In this document: positions 19,468-30,422 of the stretch, one piece after another | Numbering within the stretch: position 1 is the stretch's first letter | Layout: every line of letters begins with the position of its first letter | NCBI GenBank assembly: GCA_964423615.1 | Contig: CAYRFQ010000011.1 | Span: forward strand, 84,548 to 148,547 | DNA: 64,000 nucleotides | Reading direction: 5' to 3' | Source: an uncultured Alcaligenaceae bacterium | Lineage (GTDB): Bacteria > Planctomycetota > Planctomycetia > Gemmatales > Gemmataceae | Translations under genes and position numbers: made by a program | The notes under the pieces: model-generated | Database searches by the model: none | What the model was told of the DNA's origin: nothing | Seen by the model: the letters and a program-made list of their open reading frames with translations, nothing else

Positions 19468-20511
19468 TCAGAGCGTACACATGTCGACGTTGTTGAAGTT
19501 GCGGCCGTAGAATTGCATGTAATTCACCTTCCGTTCGAGAGCGTTTAGAACGTACTTGGTGAAATTGATCTTCGTGAAGGCCTGGGCTCGACCGAGACCG
19601 CCAGGGCTGAAAACGTTGATTTCCATCAGCTTCTCCCCGACGACATCAAGGCCGACGAGGAACATCCCGTCTTGGACGAGTTTGGGTCGGACGATTTCGG
19701 CGATCCTGAGAGCGTTATCTCCGACTTCGGCCGGGGCACTGGTTCCCCCGGCGTGAATGTTGCTGCGCATGTCGCCCGAGCTTCTGAGCCTACGAAAGGC
19801 TGCGTATTTCCCCTTCACCACAAGAGGTCGTCCATTCATCATGAACAACCTCATGTCGCCTTCTTCGGCAGCTGGTAGATATTCTTGGGCGATCACGAAT
19901 CCGTCACGGCTTACGGCGTCGATCATTTGATTGAGGTTCGGAATATCGCTTTTCTGGACGAGGAATACACTCGCGCCGCCTGAACCCTGAAGTGGTTTCA
20001 AAACGCAACGGCCTTCGTCCTTGGCGAAGGCTTTGATTTCTCCCCGGTCACGGGTAATGAGGGTTCGAGGCCGGACCTCCTGAGGAAACAACTGAAAGTA
20101 CATCTTCGTCGTAGCCTGGGCGAGGCCATCGGGGTCGTTGACTACGATGACCCCACGACGCATGGCGAACCGACCAAACTCGGCGGCGGATGTGGCGGCC
20201 CAGGGACGCTTGAGGTAGTCGTTGGAGGGAACATTGCGGAGCATCAAGACGTCGAGTTCATCGACGGTAATCCGAGCTTGGAATTCTCCTTTGCTTTGCA
20301 AGTCTTTCAGGTAGGTCTCAACTGACTTGTACTTCTTTTGGGGCATGGCGATCGCGCGAGCACGGATCGATTCGTCGGGGTCGTAGGCAATGTCTCCTAC
20401 CCCGAAGACGAACACCTGGTGGCCCAAATTGAGGGCCTCAAAGCCCAATCGGGTCGTCGTGTAGCTAGCTTCTTCGGTCATCACATCGTTGACGAGGAAT
20501 CCAATCTTCAT
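19468..20511 (-). CDS. gshB: Glutathione synthetase (ATP-grasp)
   Basis: The sequence aligns with bacterial GshB over its full length (MKIGFLVND..., VLKPLQGSGGASVF, ...NIHAGG..., FLVGLDVVGEKLMEINVFSPGG). Confidence 0.7.
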   Translation of the reverse strand: MKIGFLVNDVMTEEASYTTTRLGFEALNLGHQVFVFGVGDIAYDPDESIRARAIAMPQKKYKSVETYLKDLQSKGEFQARITVDELDVLMLRNVPSNDYLKRPWAATSAAEFGRFAMRRGVIVVNDPDGLAQATTKMYFQLFPQEVRPRTLITRDRGEIKAFAKDEGRCVLKPLQGSGGASVFLVQKSDIPNLNQMIDAVSRDGFVIAQEYLPAAEEGDMRLFMMNGRPLVVKGKYAAFRRLRSSGDMRSNIHAGGTSAPAEVGDNALRIAEIVRPKLVQDGMFLVGLDVVGEKLMEINVFSPGGLGRAQAFTKINFTKYVLNALERKVNYMQFYGRNFNNVDMCTL

Positions 20512-20776
20512 AGCTCACCTTGCTGTATCTCGTTCGTGTCGGCGACGATGTGCGGGGATTGTACCAGTCCCACCATCAGTCGAGACAACATCGTGCGCTC
20601 CGACAATCGTTCAAACCGACTTATCATTACTATGGATTGGACCGCAGAAAGGAAAATTGTCAAGGTCGAACTCCGGCAATTGTTCAACGCTCGGATCAGC
20701 AACTTATCGTAGGTTACTTGGAATCGGAACGTCTTTGTGGTTCGTTCGATTCGGCCCAAAGCTGAATGGACGATGC

Positions 20777-22495
20777 CTACCCTGTCGAACTCTTGAATCG
20801 GGCTTGAGTCAGCTTCGGGATACCACTTTTACTCTTATCCACAAACACACGATGAACTCCGAGCGTTTGGGAATAGCCAGGAATTTCTTGTTCCCCGAGA
20901 TCGACTGTGGTGATGCGGCCGTTAAGATATTGTCGCGTCTGGTCGCTTATTAAGATCGGTCCGTCGAGACGCTTGGTCATCTGTTCAAGACGTTGAGCGA
21001 GGTTGACGGTCTCTCCGATGGCGGTAAACTCTCGCCGGAGAGTTGGCTCTCCGTTGTCCAACATGATGTGAGCCCCGACGCATCCAACGAGCGCCCGACC
21101 TGTGTGGATACCGATGCCAACTTTGAGGGGAGCTTGTCCTTGTTGAGCCAGGCGTTGGTTGAGTTCCTCCAGCCTCTGTACGAGTGCGATTGCGCTATTG
21201 ACGCCTTCTTCGGCGTAGTTGCGGGCAACGCAAGGCTCTTCGGTCTGCTCCATGAACTTCCCGAAGAGGGCGAGGAAACCATCTCCCAAAAACTTGTGGA
21301 CGACGCCTCGACTTTCTTCCTTTTCGATGACCAGCACGGCGAGGGTCATAAACTGGTTGATCAGCTCGAAGACTTCCTCTGGCGGCACTCCCGCGGTACG
21401 GCGGGTGAACCCACGAATGTCGGCGAACATCACAGTCACTTCCTGGACCTCACCTCCGAGCCCAGGGTACTTCTCCAGAATGATGTCTCGCAGGACGGGG
21501 TGAGATATTTGACCAAATGTTTCGCGGACGTGAGCGGCCTGTTCGAGTTCTTCAGCCATGTCGTTAAAACGGTCGGTGAGGCGCCCCCACTCGTCCGGAC
21601 GTTTTTCGAACACGCGCGTTTTCAGATCCCCCGCGGCGATGCGAGCCGTAGCTTGCTTGTGGTCGTTGAGCCATCGCAACAGTCCGCTTCCTACCAAAAA
21701 GCTGACTCCGCCACCGAAGACGATCCCGCCGACGACAATGACCAGAAACAAAACCGACAACCAGCGGTCGAGATATTGCACTTCCCACGCGACAAGTCCT
21801 ACGGACACCAGGGGCACGAATGTGACTGCGGACCAGAGCATGGCCAGACGATAGGGGTAGGCGATCGCCCGTTCCTTCACATCGGTCGGTCGGGCGTTCT
21901 GGAAATACACCGGGTAGAACACCCGGATCAACACTTCTTCGACGATGAAGAACGACGAGACCATGGAAAACAACGCCGAGATCACGAAGGAAATAATGAA
22001 TCGTCCCCAAATCTCCCCAGCCTGGTGATCGCTTCCGAGCGTGCAAATGACCAACGGGAAAATGATGGCTCCTGGAAGCCACCCAAGACTGTTCACCCCG
22101 ATTTGGTACAGTGGCAACTCGACAAGTACTTTCCGGCACCTTTGCAACTCGTCTTCCGAGACCGAATGCCCCGCCAAAAGTTTTGGGTTGGTTCGTCGGA
22201 GGGGCCAGAGAATATACAGTGTGAGCCCAAAACACAGTGGATAGATGAACCCGTTGTAAACCAATGCAACGTTCCCGAAGACTTCTCTTTGTGTTTCGTC
22301 CATTCGCGAGTTGACGATCAGGATGAAGTTGTAAGCAATGTTGAACATGCTACCCAAACCGTTGCAGGCAAAAGCACTGGCCACGATCGAAAGCATCGGA
22401 TGTCGGCGAGCAAACCCGACAAGTCCACGTCGGCGTTGGTGCCACCATGTTGGTTTCTGTTCCGGCTGGCGGTATGTGCCCGAATGGAATTCCAT
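20777..22495 (-). CDS. Membrane-bound class III adenylate/guanylate cyclase with HAMP domain
   Basis: A multi-TM N-terminal half is followed by a HAMP-like linker and then the cyclase homology domain (VTVMFADIRGFTRRT...KFLGDGFLALFG...GIHTGRALVG...TAIGETVNLAQRLE). Confidence 0.8.
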   Translation of the reverse strand: MEFHSGTYRQPEQKPTWWHQRRRGLVGFARRHPMLSIVASAFACNGLGSMFNIAYNFILIVNSRMDETQREVFGNVALVYNGFIYPLCFGLTLYILWPLRRTNPKLLAGHSVSEDELQRCRKVLVELPLYQIGVNSLGWLPGAIIFPLVICTLGSDHQAGEIWGRFIISFVISALFSMVSSFFIVEEVLIRVFYPVYFQNARPTDVKERAIAYPYRLAMLWSAVTFVPLVSVGLVAWEVQYLDRWLSVLFLVIVVGGIVFGGGVSFLVGSGLLRWLNDHKQATARIAAGDLKTRVFEKRPDEWGRLTDRFNDMAEELEQAAHVRETFGQISHPVLRDIILEKYPGLGGEVQEVTVMFADIRGFTRRTAGVPPEEVFELINQFMTLAVLVIEKEESRGVVHKFLGDGFLALFGKFMEQTEEPCVARNYAEEGVNSAIALVQRLEELNQRLAQQGQAPLKVGIGIHTGRALVGCVGAHIMLDNGEPTLRREFTAIGETVNLAQRLEQMTKRLDGPILISDQTRQYLNGRITTVDLGEQEIPGYSQTLGVHRVFVDKSKSGIPKLTQARFKSSTG

Positions 22496-22754
22496 ATGTC
22501 CTGTGTCCTGTAGCGTCCGAGTTCCTGGCTATTCCTACCAAGATACCCGCTGGCGTCGGAATGTTCGCCAGGAAACCAGTGAAGGCGAACCCACCGATGT
22601 CGGTCAAAGGGCAACGAATTATCAGACGGACGACGACTTGGGAAAAACTTGCACAAAATTGTCCATCGTTGCCAGGTCGCTATACAAAAGCCGAGAATGA
22701 TCGATCGCGACTTTCTTGTGTGCTCGCCTCCAACAACTTATCCGGAATCCGACC

Positions 22755-23750
22755 ATGAAACTGCTGATCTATCCCGCCGTTTCCGCATGGCGTTTGGCCA
22801 AGATTCAAGAAGCGGCCGGTTCGATGCATGTTGCCCAAGCCGAGGATGAAGACCAGGCCATCGCCGAAATCGCCGACGCGGATGCTCTGTTCGGATACCT
22901 GACGCCACCGATGTTGCACGCGGCAGGAAAACTCTATTGGGCTCAATCACCGACTGCGAGCATGGAGAAGTATCTCTATCCAGAACTCGTCGAGTCTCCT
23001 GTCATCGTGACGAACATGCGAGGAATCTACTCGGACGTCATCGCGGACCATGTCTTTGGATTCATCCTTTGTTTCGCGAAGAACTTTCACACGTACATTC
23101 GCCAACAGATTCAGGGGATCTGGCATGCTCTTGGTCGCGACGCCGAGGAACTGCCTGGATACGGCGGTCCAGGAGAAGTCCATCCGTCGGACCGCGCGGC
23201 CATTACTCTTTCCGATTGTACGCTGGGAGTCGTGGGTCTGGGTGGTATTGGTGCCGAAGTTGCTCGACGCGGCCAAAGTTTCCACATGAACGTGATTGGG
23301 ATGGACCCAACGGCGACTGCGCCCGAGGGCGTGATGCATTACCCCCCCGAGGAACTCGACGAAATGTTGGGGTTCTGTGATTTCGTCGTCATCGCCGCGC
23401 CTCACACACCAGAGACTTATAAACTCTTCGACCTCAGACGTATCAGGCAGATGAAGAAGACGGCCTATTTGATCAACATAGGACGCGGTGTCGTCGTCGA
23501 TCTCGATGACTTGACAGCGGCGTTGCAAGCTGGAGACCTTGCGGGTGCAGGCCTTGATGTGTTCGAGACAGAACCGTTACCAGCAGACCATCCACTCTGG
23601 AGGATGGAAAATGTGATCATCACGCCCCACTGCGCGGCGGCGTCTCCGCGTGTCCCCGAGCGACATTTGGAAACGGTGCTCGAAAACGTCCGGCGGTTTG
23701 TCAATGGTGAGACGCTACTGAACGTGGTGGATAAACAAAGGTGGTGTTAA
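22755..23750 (+). CDS. D-isomer-specific 2-hydroxyacid dehydrogenase (phosphoglycerate/glyoxylate reductase-like)
   Basis: The NAD-binding motif GVVGLGGIGAEVARR is present, with catalytic R/E/H context (INIGRG..., ITPHCAAAS). The start is trimmed to MKLLIYPA. Confidence 0.8.
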   Translation: MKLLIYPAVSAWRLAKIQEAAGSMHVAQAEDEDQAIAEIADADALFGYLTPPMLHAAGKLYWAQSPTASMEKYLYPELVESPVIVTNMRGIYSDVIADHVFGFILCFAKNFHTYIRQQIQGIWHALGRDAEELPGYGGPGEVHPSDRAAITLSDCTLGVVGLGGIGAEVARRGQSFHMNVIGMDPTATAPEGVMHYPPEELDEMLGFCDFVVIAAPHTPETYKLFDLRRIRQMKKTAYLINIGRGVVVDLDDLTAALQAGDLAGAGLDVFETEPLPADHPLWRMENVIITPHCAAASPRVPERHLETVLENVRRFVNGETLLNVVDKQRWC

Positions 23751-24364
23751 TTGGGTTGTTTCGCGTTCATGGCGTGGTGCCACTCATCCTATAACTGGGT
23801 CGTGGCATCGAGCCGATAGTAGGCCGATTGCCACACGAACACGGATGATTTCGCGCTCGCTGTCCCTCGGATTCTCGTGCCCCATTCTACCTTCTCGTTC
23901 GCTTGAGCAGCAGTACCCCAAGAGACAACGCTTGCGTTCCAGGGTACGATTCGAGTAGCCCAAGCGAGGCTGCCGTTTCGTCGAACGCATCCAGACAGTG
24001 GTTCCAATCTCTCGTTTGCAAAAACGCAATGTGTTGGAAGATCTGCATGATGCCATTCTCCCAACCCGAGAGGGCCGACCATGTCCCAAATTACTTCCTC
24101 AGAATTGAACGGTTACATTACTTTTTCCATCGCTTTCCTGCACGAGCAAGCGTAAAGTGCGTCCGAGTGCCTGACGGCTTAAACTTGCCAATCAAAGCGG
24201 ACGAAGTACAGACGCACCTCGTTGACGTTGTAGTACATTCCTTGAATAATAGCACCAAACATTCGAACGCTTTCATCTTGTCTGGCTATTCGACCGGAAC
24301 GACAGCCACCAATGATCCGCAAATCGACAACTTCTGCCTTTGCACCTCTGGGGAACCAATAATC

Positions 24365-26269
24365 ATGAAACCGCGGAACAAACGCTACCCTATTTTCTTT
24401 CAATCAACATTTGGTTTGTTAGGGGCGTTACTGTTTGTGGCAAGTGCCCACTGTGATGATTCCAAGACTGCTAACAAAGTTGGCCCAATACTGAAGGATG
24501 GCCGAACCCAAGTAGTCCCGGAATTCAAGAACCCCAAGGAGTGGATTCGCCACGATCTTTGGGTGGATACGGGGGTTGATTCTGACAAGGACGGCAAAAA
24601 AGACCGTGTACATGTGGGCGTCACAAGACCTTGGCAAACCAAGAGTGGAAACCTCAAGCTACCAGTGATTTTCATTTGCAGCCCTTACTTTGGCGGAACG
24701 CCACCCAACGCGAGAGACTATTTCTGGGATGTAAGACACGAATTGGGCGCTCGTCCAAAGCCACGCACGTACATTCCACCCTTCAAACAGAGGGGAAAGC
24801 GGCCGATCATATCCAACTCCCACATTCGACAATGGGTGCCCCACGGCTATGTCGTGGTCCATGCCTCGTCGCCAGGAACGGGGCTGTCACAAGGATGTCC
24901 AACGATCGGACGGGAGAATGAGTCGCTTGCTTGTAAGGCGGTCATCGACTGGCTCAACGGACGCGCTTGTGGTTTTACAACTCCAGACGGGAAGGAACAA
25001 GTTCACGCCTTTTGGTCTACCGGGAAGGTTGGAATGACCGGGACGTCTCATCCGGGTACGTTCGCGCTTGCTGCCGCGACAACCGGGGTCGATGGCCTTG
25101 AAGTCATTATTCCCATAGCTCCAAACACGTCTGGCTATCTCTACTACCGTTCTAACGGACTGGTCCGTCACCCTTTCGGATACCTCGGAGAAGACATCGA
25201 CTGCATGTATGAATTCGTGCACAACGCCAGTCGAAAAAATAGTGCCAAGTGTAACACCATGGTCCGAGACGGGGAGATGGCAAAAGGCATGGACCGGCTC
25301 ACCGGAGACTTCAACGAATTCTGGGCCAAACGCGACTACATGAAAGACATTGGGAAAGTAAAGGCTGCCGTCCTGATGGCCCATGCATTCAACGATTGGA
25401 ATGTCATGCCCGAACATAGCAACCGAATCTATCAAGCGCTCAAAGCGAGAGGCGTCCCGGCTCATATCTACTACCATCAGGGTGGCCACGGTGGACAACC
25501 CCCGCCTGATATGATGAACCGGTGGTTTGCGCGATATCTCTACGGAGTTCAGAACGGAGTTGAGAAGGGACCCCGTGCCTGGATTGTGCGTGAGAACGAT
25601 CAACGATTAAAGCCGACTCCCTACAAGGACTTTCCGAACCCTGCAGCGTCGCCGACCAAACTGTATCTCGTTGGAGGGAGCCCAAAACCAGGACTGTTGA
25701 GTCTGAAAGCACGTGCGCGACAAAGAAAAGAAACGATCGTCGACAATTTCTCGTTCTCGGGCTCAACACTGGCCCAAGCCGAATGGACGAATCACCGATT
25801 AATCTACCTCAGTCCAAAGCTGGTCCGACCTGTCCACTTGTCAGGAACGTCGAGCATCACCATCAAACTGGCTTCAAGCAAACCCGCAGCCAATTTGTCC
25901 GTCTGGTTGGTTTCCTTGCCGTGGAAAACGGGCAGTAGCTCCAAAGTGACCGACAACATCATCACCCGAGGATGGGCCGATCCGCAAAACCACAAGTCGA
26001 TTACCAAAAGCCGACCCTTGGTGCCGGGAAAGTTCTACCAGATGACGTTTGATCTTCAACCCGACGACCAGGTCATTCCTGTTGGTCAACAGATTGGCCT
26101 GATGATCTTCTCGAGTGACCGCGATTTTACTCTATGGCCTGATCCAGGCACTCAGCTAACTATCGATCTTGGATCGACGTATTTCACATTACCTGTGGTC
26201 GGTGGCCGGAAAGCGTACAAGAAGGCAACTCAAAAGACATCCGATGTCAAAGAAAATAGCCGCAGATGA
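24365..26269 (+). CDS. Secreted Xaa-Pro dipeptidyl-peptidase-like (S15 / CocE-NonD) α/β hydrolase with C-terminal β-sandwich domain
   Basis: A signal peptide (MKPRNKRYPIFFQSTFGLLGALLFVASAHC) was verified at an ATG at nt 24365. The S15-like core has a nucleophile-like motif (VGMTGTSHPG), and the size and C-terminal domain match PepX/CocE architecture. The 462-nt in-frame upstream extension is low-complexity and is treated as non-coding. Confidence 0.55.
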   Translation: MKPRNKRYPIFFQSTFGLLGALLFVASAHCDDSKTANKVGPILKDGRTQVVPEFKNPKEWIRHDLWVDTGVDSDKDGKKDRVHVGVTRPWQTKSGNLKLPVIFICSPYFGGTPPNARDYFWDVRHELGARPKPRTYIPPFKQRGKRPIISNSHIRQWVPHGYVVVHASSPGTGLSQGCPTIGRENESLACKAVIDWLNGRACGFTTPDGKEQVHAFWSTGKVGMTGTSHPGTFALAAATTGVDGLEVIIPIAPNTSGYLYYRSNGLVRHPFGYLGEDIDCMYEFVHNASRKNSAKCNTMVRDGEMAKGMDRLTGDFNEFWAKRDYMKDIGKVKAAVLMAHAFNDWNVMPEHSNRIYQALKARGVPAHIYYHQGGHGGQPPPDMMNRWFARYLYGVQNGVEKGPRAWIVRENDQRLKPTPYKDFPNPAASPTKLYLVGGSPKPGLLSLKARARQRKETIVDNFSFSGSTLAQAEWTNHRLIYLSPKLVRPVHLSGTSSITIKLASSKPAANLSVWLVSLPWKTGSSSKVTDNIITRGWADPQNHKSITKSRPLVPGKFYQMTFDLQPDDQVIPVGQQIGLMIFSSDRDFTLWPDPGTQLTIDLGSTYFTLPVVGGRKAYKKATQKTSDVKENSRR

Positions 26270-26582
26270 ATCTGTTGGAGTAAAGCGTAACTCGCGATGC
26301 CCCGACGCGATTGTTATGGTTCAAGGCACGTCCGAAACACCGATTGCAGTTTCGGACGTCTTGAATTGTTGGCGGTTGCATCGACCAAACACAACCGGGT
26401 TTGTTTGAACAGCTATCAAGGGCCCTTACGTTTGTGATTCGAGCTAAGGTCGAAGTCTACGTGGCAGTCGGGAATGGAAGTTCGCAATTGACTGGCCATC
26501 AAGCTAACCAAAACGGGACATTATTCTAAATCCAGTGTCTCATCGACTTCTCAGGACTTGTTTCCTGGTGTTTTGCGAGTGA

Positions 26583-27344
26583 TCAGGAGCCTGCCTTTGG
26601 CTTCGTGAAGAAACTGGCGTCTACCCGCGGCAAATTTCGTTGGTTGGAGTACTCTTCTATGATGGCGTCTTTGCCGTCGCGTTGGATCACAAGTTTGTGG
26701 AATACTTTCGCACCATTCTGGTCTCTGTACTCACTGAAGTAGACATCCTGCTTCTGTTTTGTCCCAGTGAATTCGCTGATGATGGTTGTTGTGGTCTTTT
26801 TCAGTAGCCACGTCTTTTTGTCAAAGTACAAACTTACATCTCGTTTGCCTTTGCGTTTTGCACGTATGCCAATGAGAGTTGCCTCGCCAAGTTTTGATTC
26901 CCCCAAGAGGGTCAACTTATATTTCTGGCTCCTGAGTGGGAACAGATTCGCCACTGCCATGGAGTAGACGTTATGTTGAAACTCGATCGCTTTCGTTTTC
27001 TCCATCACGCGAACCTGGGACCCCATTTGTTCCCACGCCGTTTTACCGTCAGAAGCCGCGCTCAATTTGATCTGTTTGCCATCCATGTCCATCGCCAAGT
27101 CGAAGCGAAATTTGACTGGCATGACGATCGTGTAGACTGCCGTGTATTTCAGTTTGTTTCCCCCGAAGATCATCACGCCCTTAACGTTCATCTTCTGAGC
27201 TTTGATCTTCGCCTTCTTCCCCCCATGGGCCTTGATGGCTTTTTCAACAAGCGATCGCGCTTTCGAATCCGACCCAGCCCAGGCGGAATTCGTCACAGCG
27301 ATGAACACGCACACCAATGCACTGGACTTTAATATTCCTTGCAT
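26583..27344 (-). CDS. Hypothetical secreted protein (LolA-like size/fold possible)
   Basis: A 253-aa protein with signal peptide (MQGILKSSALVCVFIAVTNSAWAGS). It is Lys-rich, and no motif was recognised. Confidence 0.45.
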   Translation of the reverse strand: MQGILKSSALVCVFIAVTNSAWAGSDSKARSLVEKAIKAHGGKKAKIKAQKMNVKGVMIFGGNKLKYTAVYTIVMPVKFRFDLAMDMDGKQIKLSAASDGKTAWEQMGSQVRVMEKTKAIEFQHNVYSMAVANLFPLRSQKYKLTLLGESKLGEATLIGIRAKRKGKRDVSLYFDKKTWLLKKTTTTIISEFTGTKQKQDVYFSEYRDQNGAKVFHKLVIQRDGKDAIIEEYSNQRNLPRVDASFFTKPKAGS

Positions 27345-27731
27345 TTCATGACTCCTGCAATTCGAGAAAGGAAAAAGGTTGATGAAGTTTAACGAGTAGC
27401 CAATTCGATGGGAATGTCAGTAACCAGCAGAAGAGGCGGGTTTTTGTCAGGAAAGAAGTGCGTTCAGATGCACCGAACAGACGGCAGGTGAAAGGGTACT
27501 TGCGCTTGCGCTAGATGTGTGGGCAAGAATGAAATGCAGAAAACCGTATGTGGTTAACTGGTCAACGAACCTAATGGCCCCAAGCAAATTCAGATAGCTT
27601 CGTTTAGGTTGGTGGCTTCTCACTATTGCGACCTGCGCGGCCAAGGAAACAGTCGTTGATCGCCTTTGGCGCTAAACGCTCAAGTACCCAATCATTATGA
27701 CCAGGCTACTATAACCTTGGCCTTGGGTGGA

Positions 27732-27860
27732 CGGATCAACAAGTGTCGTGTTTGTGTTGGTTCATTGCGTTTCGTGGGTTTGTACCGACGGTTAGGCCCT
27801 ATCGCTCCCTGGGAGCTTAGAAACCAAACCACGACTCTTGTTTAGCCGACTGCTAGAGTG
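27732..27860 (+). repeat. Intergenic structured repeat element, copy A (family of 3 in this window)
   Basis: The 5' arm (GGACGGATCAacaAGTGTCGTGTTTGTgtTGG...TTTCGTGGGTTT) and the 3' arm (AAACCAAACCACGACTCTTGTTTAGCCGACT) are the conserved parts shared with the other two copies. Copy A's 3' arm is imperfectly complementary to its 5' arm. Confidence 0.7.
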
Positions 27861-28064
27861 TGCTTACTACTTTGTCCTCGCAGGTCTCAATAGTGAGTTT
27901 TCCACAACATTGAGGAGGCTTGAGAGAGCTTAGAATTTGGGGATTCTTTTGTTCCTCACGCTAATGGGAAGATTGATGACGAATGAAACATGATTTTAGT
28001 GTTGGCGGGTAAGGTAAGCCGAAAGCGGGGCAGGCGACGACACGCTCTACAAAAGGACATCGTC

Positions 28065-30356
28065 TCACCCCCGACTGACGATCTGCAATTTCGCCATCTT
28101 GGCTCGAAAGCTCCGTTCGCCGTGGGAAGGAAAGAGCACTTTGACGGTTTGGGTCGCTCCAACGCCATGCACTTGTGTGATTTTTCCGGCTCCATATTTT
28201 TCATGAAGAACGACAGAGCCAACTGTGTATTCATCGGGGTTCGCAGGAGTCACCTTGGCCGGTGACTCGGAGACTGGGTCATCTTGTCCACGAGGTTTAT
28301 TTTGCTTTTTGAGATGGTCAATGGCGACGCCCGCGTCGATCCAACCCTCTTCGGATGCTGTAGTCCCGGTGCGGAATTGGTTTGCAGCGCTTGTCGGATC
28401 GTCTCGGTCCCCGAGGTGTTCTCGATCGATGCCCTCCTCCGGCAACTCGAAGAGAAATCCGCTCGGCTCGGCCCAAAGGGTTTGCCCTCGGAACTCCCGG
28501 ACTTCTGCTAGTGTCAGGTAGAGTTCTTCCTTCGCACGGGTCATTCCGACGAACGCCAGCCGTCGTTCTTCTTCTACTTCCTCTTCTTTTTGTTGGGCTC
28601 GGTGATGGGGTAAGATGCCCTCCTCGACCGCCATCATGTATACGACAGGGAACTCCAATCCCTTGGAGGCGTGCAACGTCATGACAGACACACAATCCTG
28701 AGTTTCATCCCACCCGTCGAGGTCGCTTGCAAGGGTGATGTTCTCCAAGAAGTCGATGATCGTGTGCTCGTCGTTCTCTTGACCAAACTGTTTGGCTGCC
28801 GTGATCAACTCTTCCACGTTTGCGAGTCGTTGGTCGTCTTCCGAGTCGCCCGTGGCCAGCATATCTCTGTAGCCCGTTTGGTCGATGACTTCCTTGAGAA
28901 CGACGTCCGGCGAGAACGACAAAAACTCCCTCAAATTCGCCATCGTCGCGTAGAATTGTTTGAGTCCTTTTCGAGCTTTCCCTTTGATCGTGTCGATCCT
29001 ATCGACCTCCCCGGCTGCATCGAGCAACGGTAACTCTCTGGGTTCGGCATAATCTACAAGTCGCTGGAGAGATACTTTGCCGATTCCACGTGCTGGCTCG
29101 TTGATGATCCGTAGGAAAGATACGTCGTCGCGAGGGTTGACCAACAAACGTAAATACGCCAGGATGTCGCGGTTTTCTTTTCGGTCGTAGAAGGCGAGTC
29201 CGCGAACGATCTGAAACGGTACCCGATGTTTCACGAAGGCGCTTTCCAAAGTCCGTGTGAGGGCATTCATCCGAAGGAAGATGGCGAAGTCGTGGTACTT
29301 TCGTTTTCCAGATTTCACGGCTTCCTGGATCCGTCGGACGATGCCGTCGGCTTCGTCCACGGACGTCTTGAAGGTGATCACACCGACAGGAACGCCTTCG
29401 GGATTCTCTGTTGTGAGGCCTCGGGACTTTCGTTGCGAGTTGAACGCGATGAGGTGACTAGCCGTTCGCAAGATCGCTCTGGTGCTGCGGTAGTTCGCCG
29501 CGAGGGTGATAGTCCGGGCTTGGGGATAATCGCGTTCAAAGTCGAGGATGTTGCGGATGTCCGAACCACGGAACTTGTAGATCGACTGATCAGGGTCACC
29601 CACAACGCAAATGTTTTGGTTGTCCTTGGAAAAGGCGCGTGCGATTTCGTACTGTGCTTTATTTGTGTCCTGGTATTCGTCGACAAGGACGTAGCGGAAT
29701 CGTTCATCGAGTTCGGCCCGGAGGTCTGGACGGTTCTTCAACACTAACGCTAACTGGTAGAGCAAGTCGTCGAAGTCGAAGGCGTTGGCGTCCCGCATTC
29801 GTTTCTCGTAAATGGGATAGACGTGGGCCACCGTCTGGGTAAAAAAATCCTTCGCATCGTGTCCGTACTTCGGTGGCGTGAGGAGTTGATTCTTCGCCCG
29901 ACTGATGGCCCCCATGATCGTTTCAGGGGTGAACTTGACGTTGTCGAGGTCCGCTTGCTCGATCGCACTTTTGACCACCTTGACGCGGTCAGTCTGGTCG
30001 TAGATCGTGAAGTTCTTCTCAAGGTCAATTCGTTCAGCGTACTCTCGCAGCAACCTTGCTCCGAGACTGTGAAAGGTGCTTATCCAGACACGGCAGTTCG
30101 GGACCAACGATTCGATCCGCTGCCGCATTTCACCAGCGGCCTTGTTGGTGAACGTGATGGCCAAAATGTTGCGGGGTCGAATCCCTTGTTGGATAAGGTA
30201 CGCCACCCGACGTGTGATGACTCGGGTTTTCCCGCTACCCGGGCCTGCGACGACCAGGAGCGGTCCTTCGAGATGTGTCACAGCCTCACGTTGAGACGCT
30301 GTGAGGTCCTCCAACAAATCGACTTTGTCCTTGTCCCAGTCATCATTCATGGTCAA
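28065..30356 (-). CDS. uvrD: ATP-dependent DNA helicase UvrD/PcrA family
   Basis: Walker A (AGPGSGKTRVITRRVAYL), motif II (DEYQDTN) and Q-motif context (LTASQREAV) are present. The gene is full length, with a C-terminal Tudor-like tail. Confidence 0.9.
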   Translation of the reverse strand: MTMNDDWDKDKVDLLEDLTASQREAVTHLEGPLLVVAGPGSGKTRVITRRVAYLIQQGIRPRNILAITFTNKAAGEMRQRIESLVPNCRVWISTFHSLGARLLREYAERIDLEKNFTIYDQTDRVKVVKSAIEQADLDNVKFTPETIMGAISRAKNQLLTPPKYGHDAKDFFTQTVAHVYPIYEKRMRDANAFDFDDLLYQLALVLKNRPDLRAELDERFRYVLVDEYQDTNKAQYEIARAFSKDNQNICVVGDPDQSIYKFRGSDIRNILDFERDYPQARTITLAANYRSTRAILRTASHLIAFNSQRKSRGLTTENPEGVPVGVITFKTSVDEADGIVRRIQEAVKSGKRKYHDFAIFLRMNALTRTLESAFVKHRVPFQIVRGLAFYDRKENRDILAYLRLLVNPRDDVSFLRIINEPARGIGKVSLQRLVDYAEPRELPLLDAAGEVDRIDTIKGKARKGLKQFYATMANLREFLSFSPDVVLKEVIDQTGYRDMLATGDSEDDQRLANVEELITAAKQFGQENDEHTIIDFLENITLASDLDGWDETQDCVSVMTLHASKGLEFPVVYMMAVEEGILPHHRAQQKEEEVEEERRLAFVGMTRAKEELYLTLAEVREFRGQTLWAEPSGFLFELPEEGIDREHLGDRDDPTSAANQFRTGTTASEEGWIDAGVAIDHLKKQNKPRGQDDPVSESPAKVTPANPDEYTVGSVVLHEKYGAGKITQVHGVGATQTVKVLFPSHGERSFRAKMAKLQIVSRG

Positions 30357-30397
30357 CCTTCCTTCCCCACCTGTCGGGGTCGATTGGGTTTCCCCAA

Positions 30398-30422
30398 GTG
30401 TACAACTTTACCGATTGTACAA
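30398..30422. promoter_or_regulatory. Candidate operator: GTGTACAA-N9-TTGTACAA in uvrD/acpS divergent promoter
   Basis: Two copies of the palindromic hexamer TGTACA(A) lie ~17 bp apart, centre to centre, in the 135-bp divergent intergenic region. Confidence 0.25.

Noticed and set aside
20993-22513. A 506-aa ORF on the plus strand
   Set aside because: It lies entirely antisense to the well-supported adenylate cyclase gene. The translation is low-complexity (D/E/R-rich) with no motifs. It is a typical high-GC antisense artefact.
23903-24364. An N-terminal 154-codon extension of the S15 peptidase ORF
   Set aside because: A clear signal peptide begins at the internal ATG at 24365. The upstream translation is Ser/Cys-rich and non-globular.
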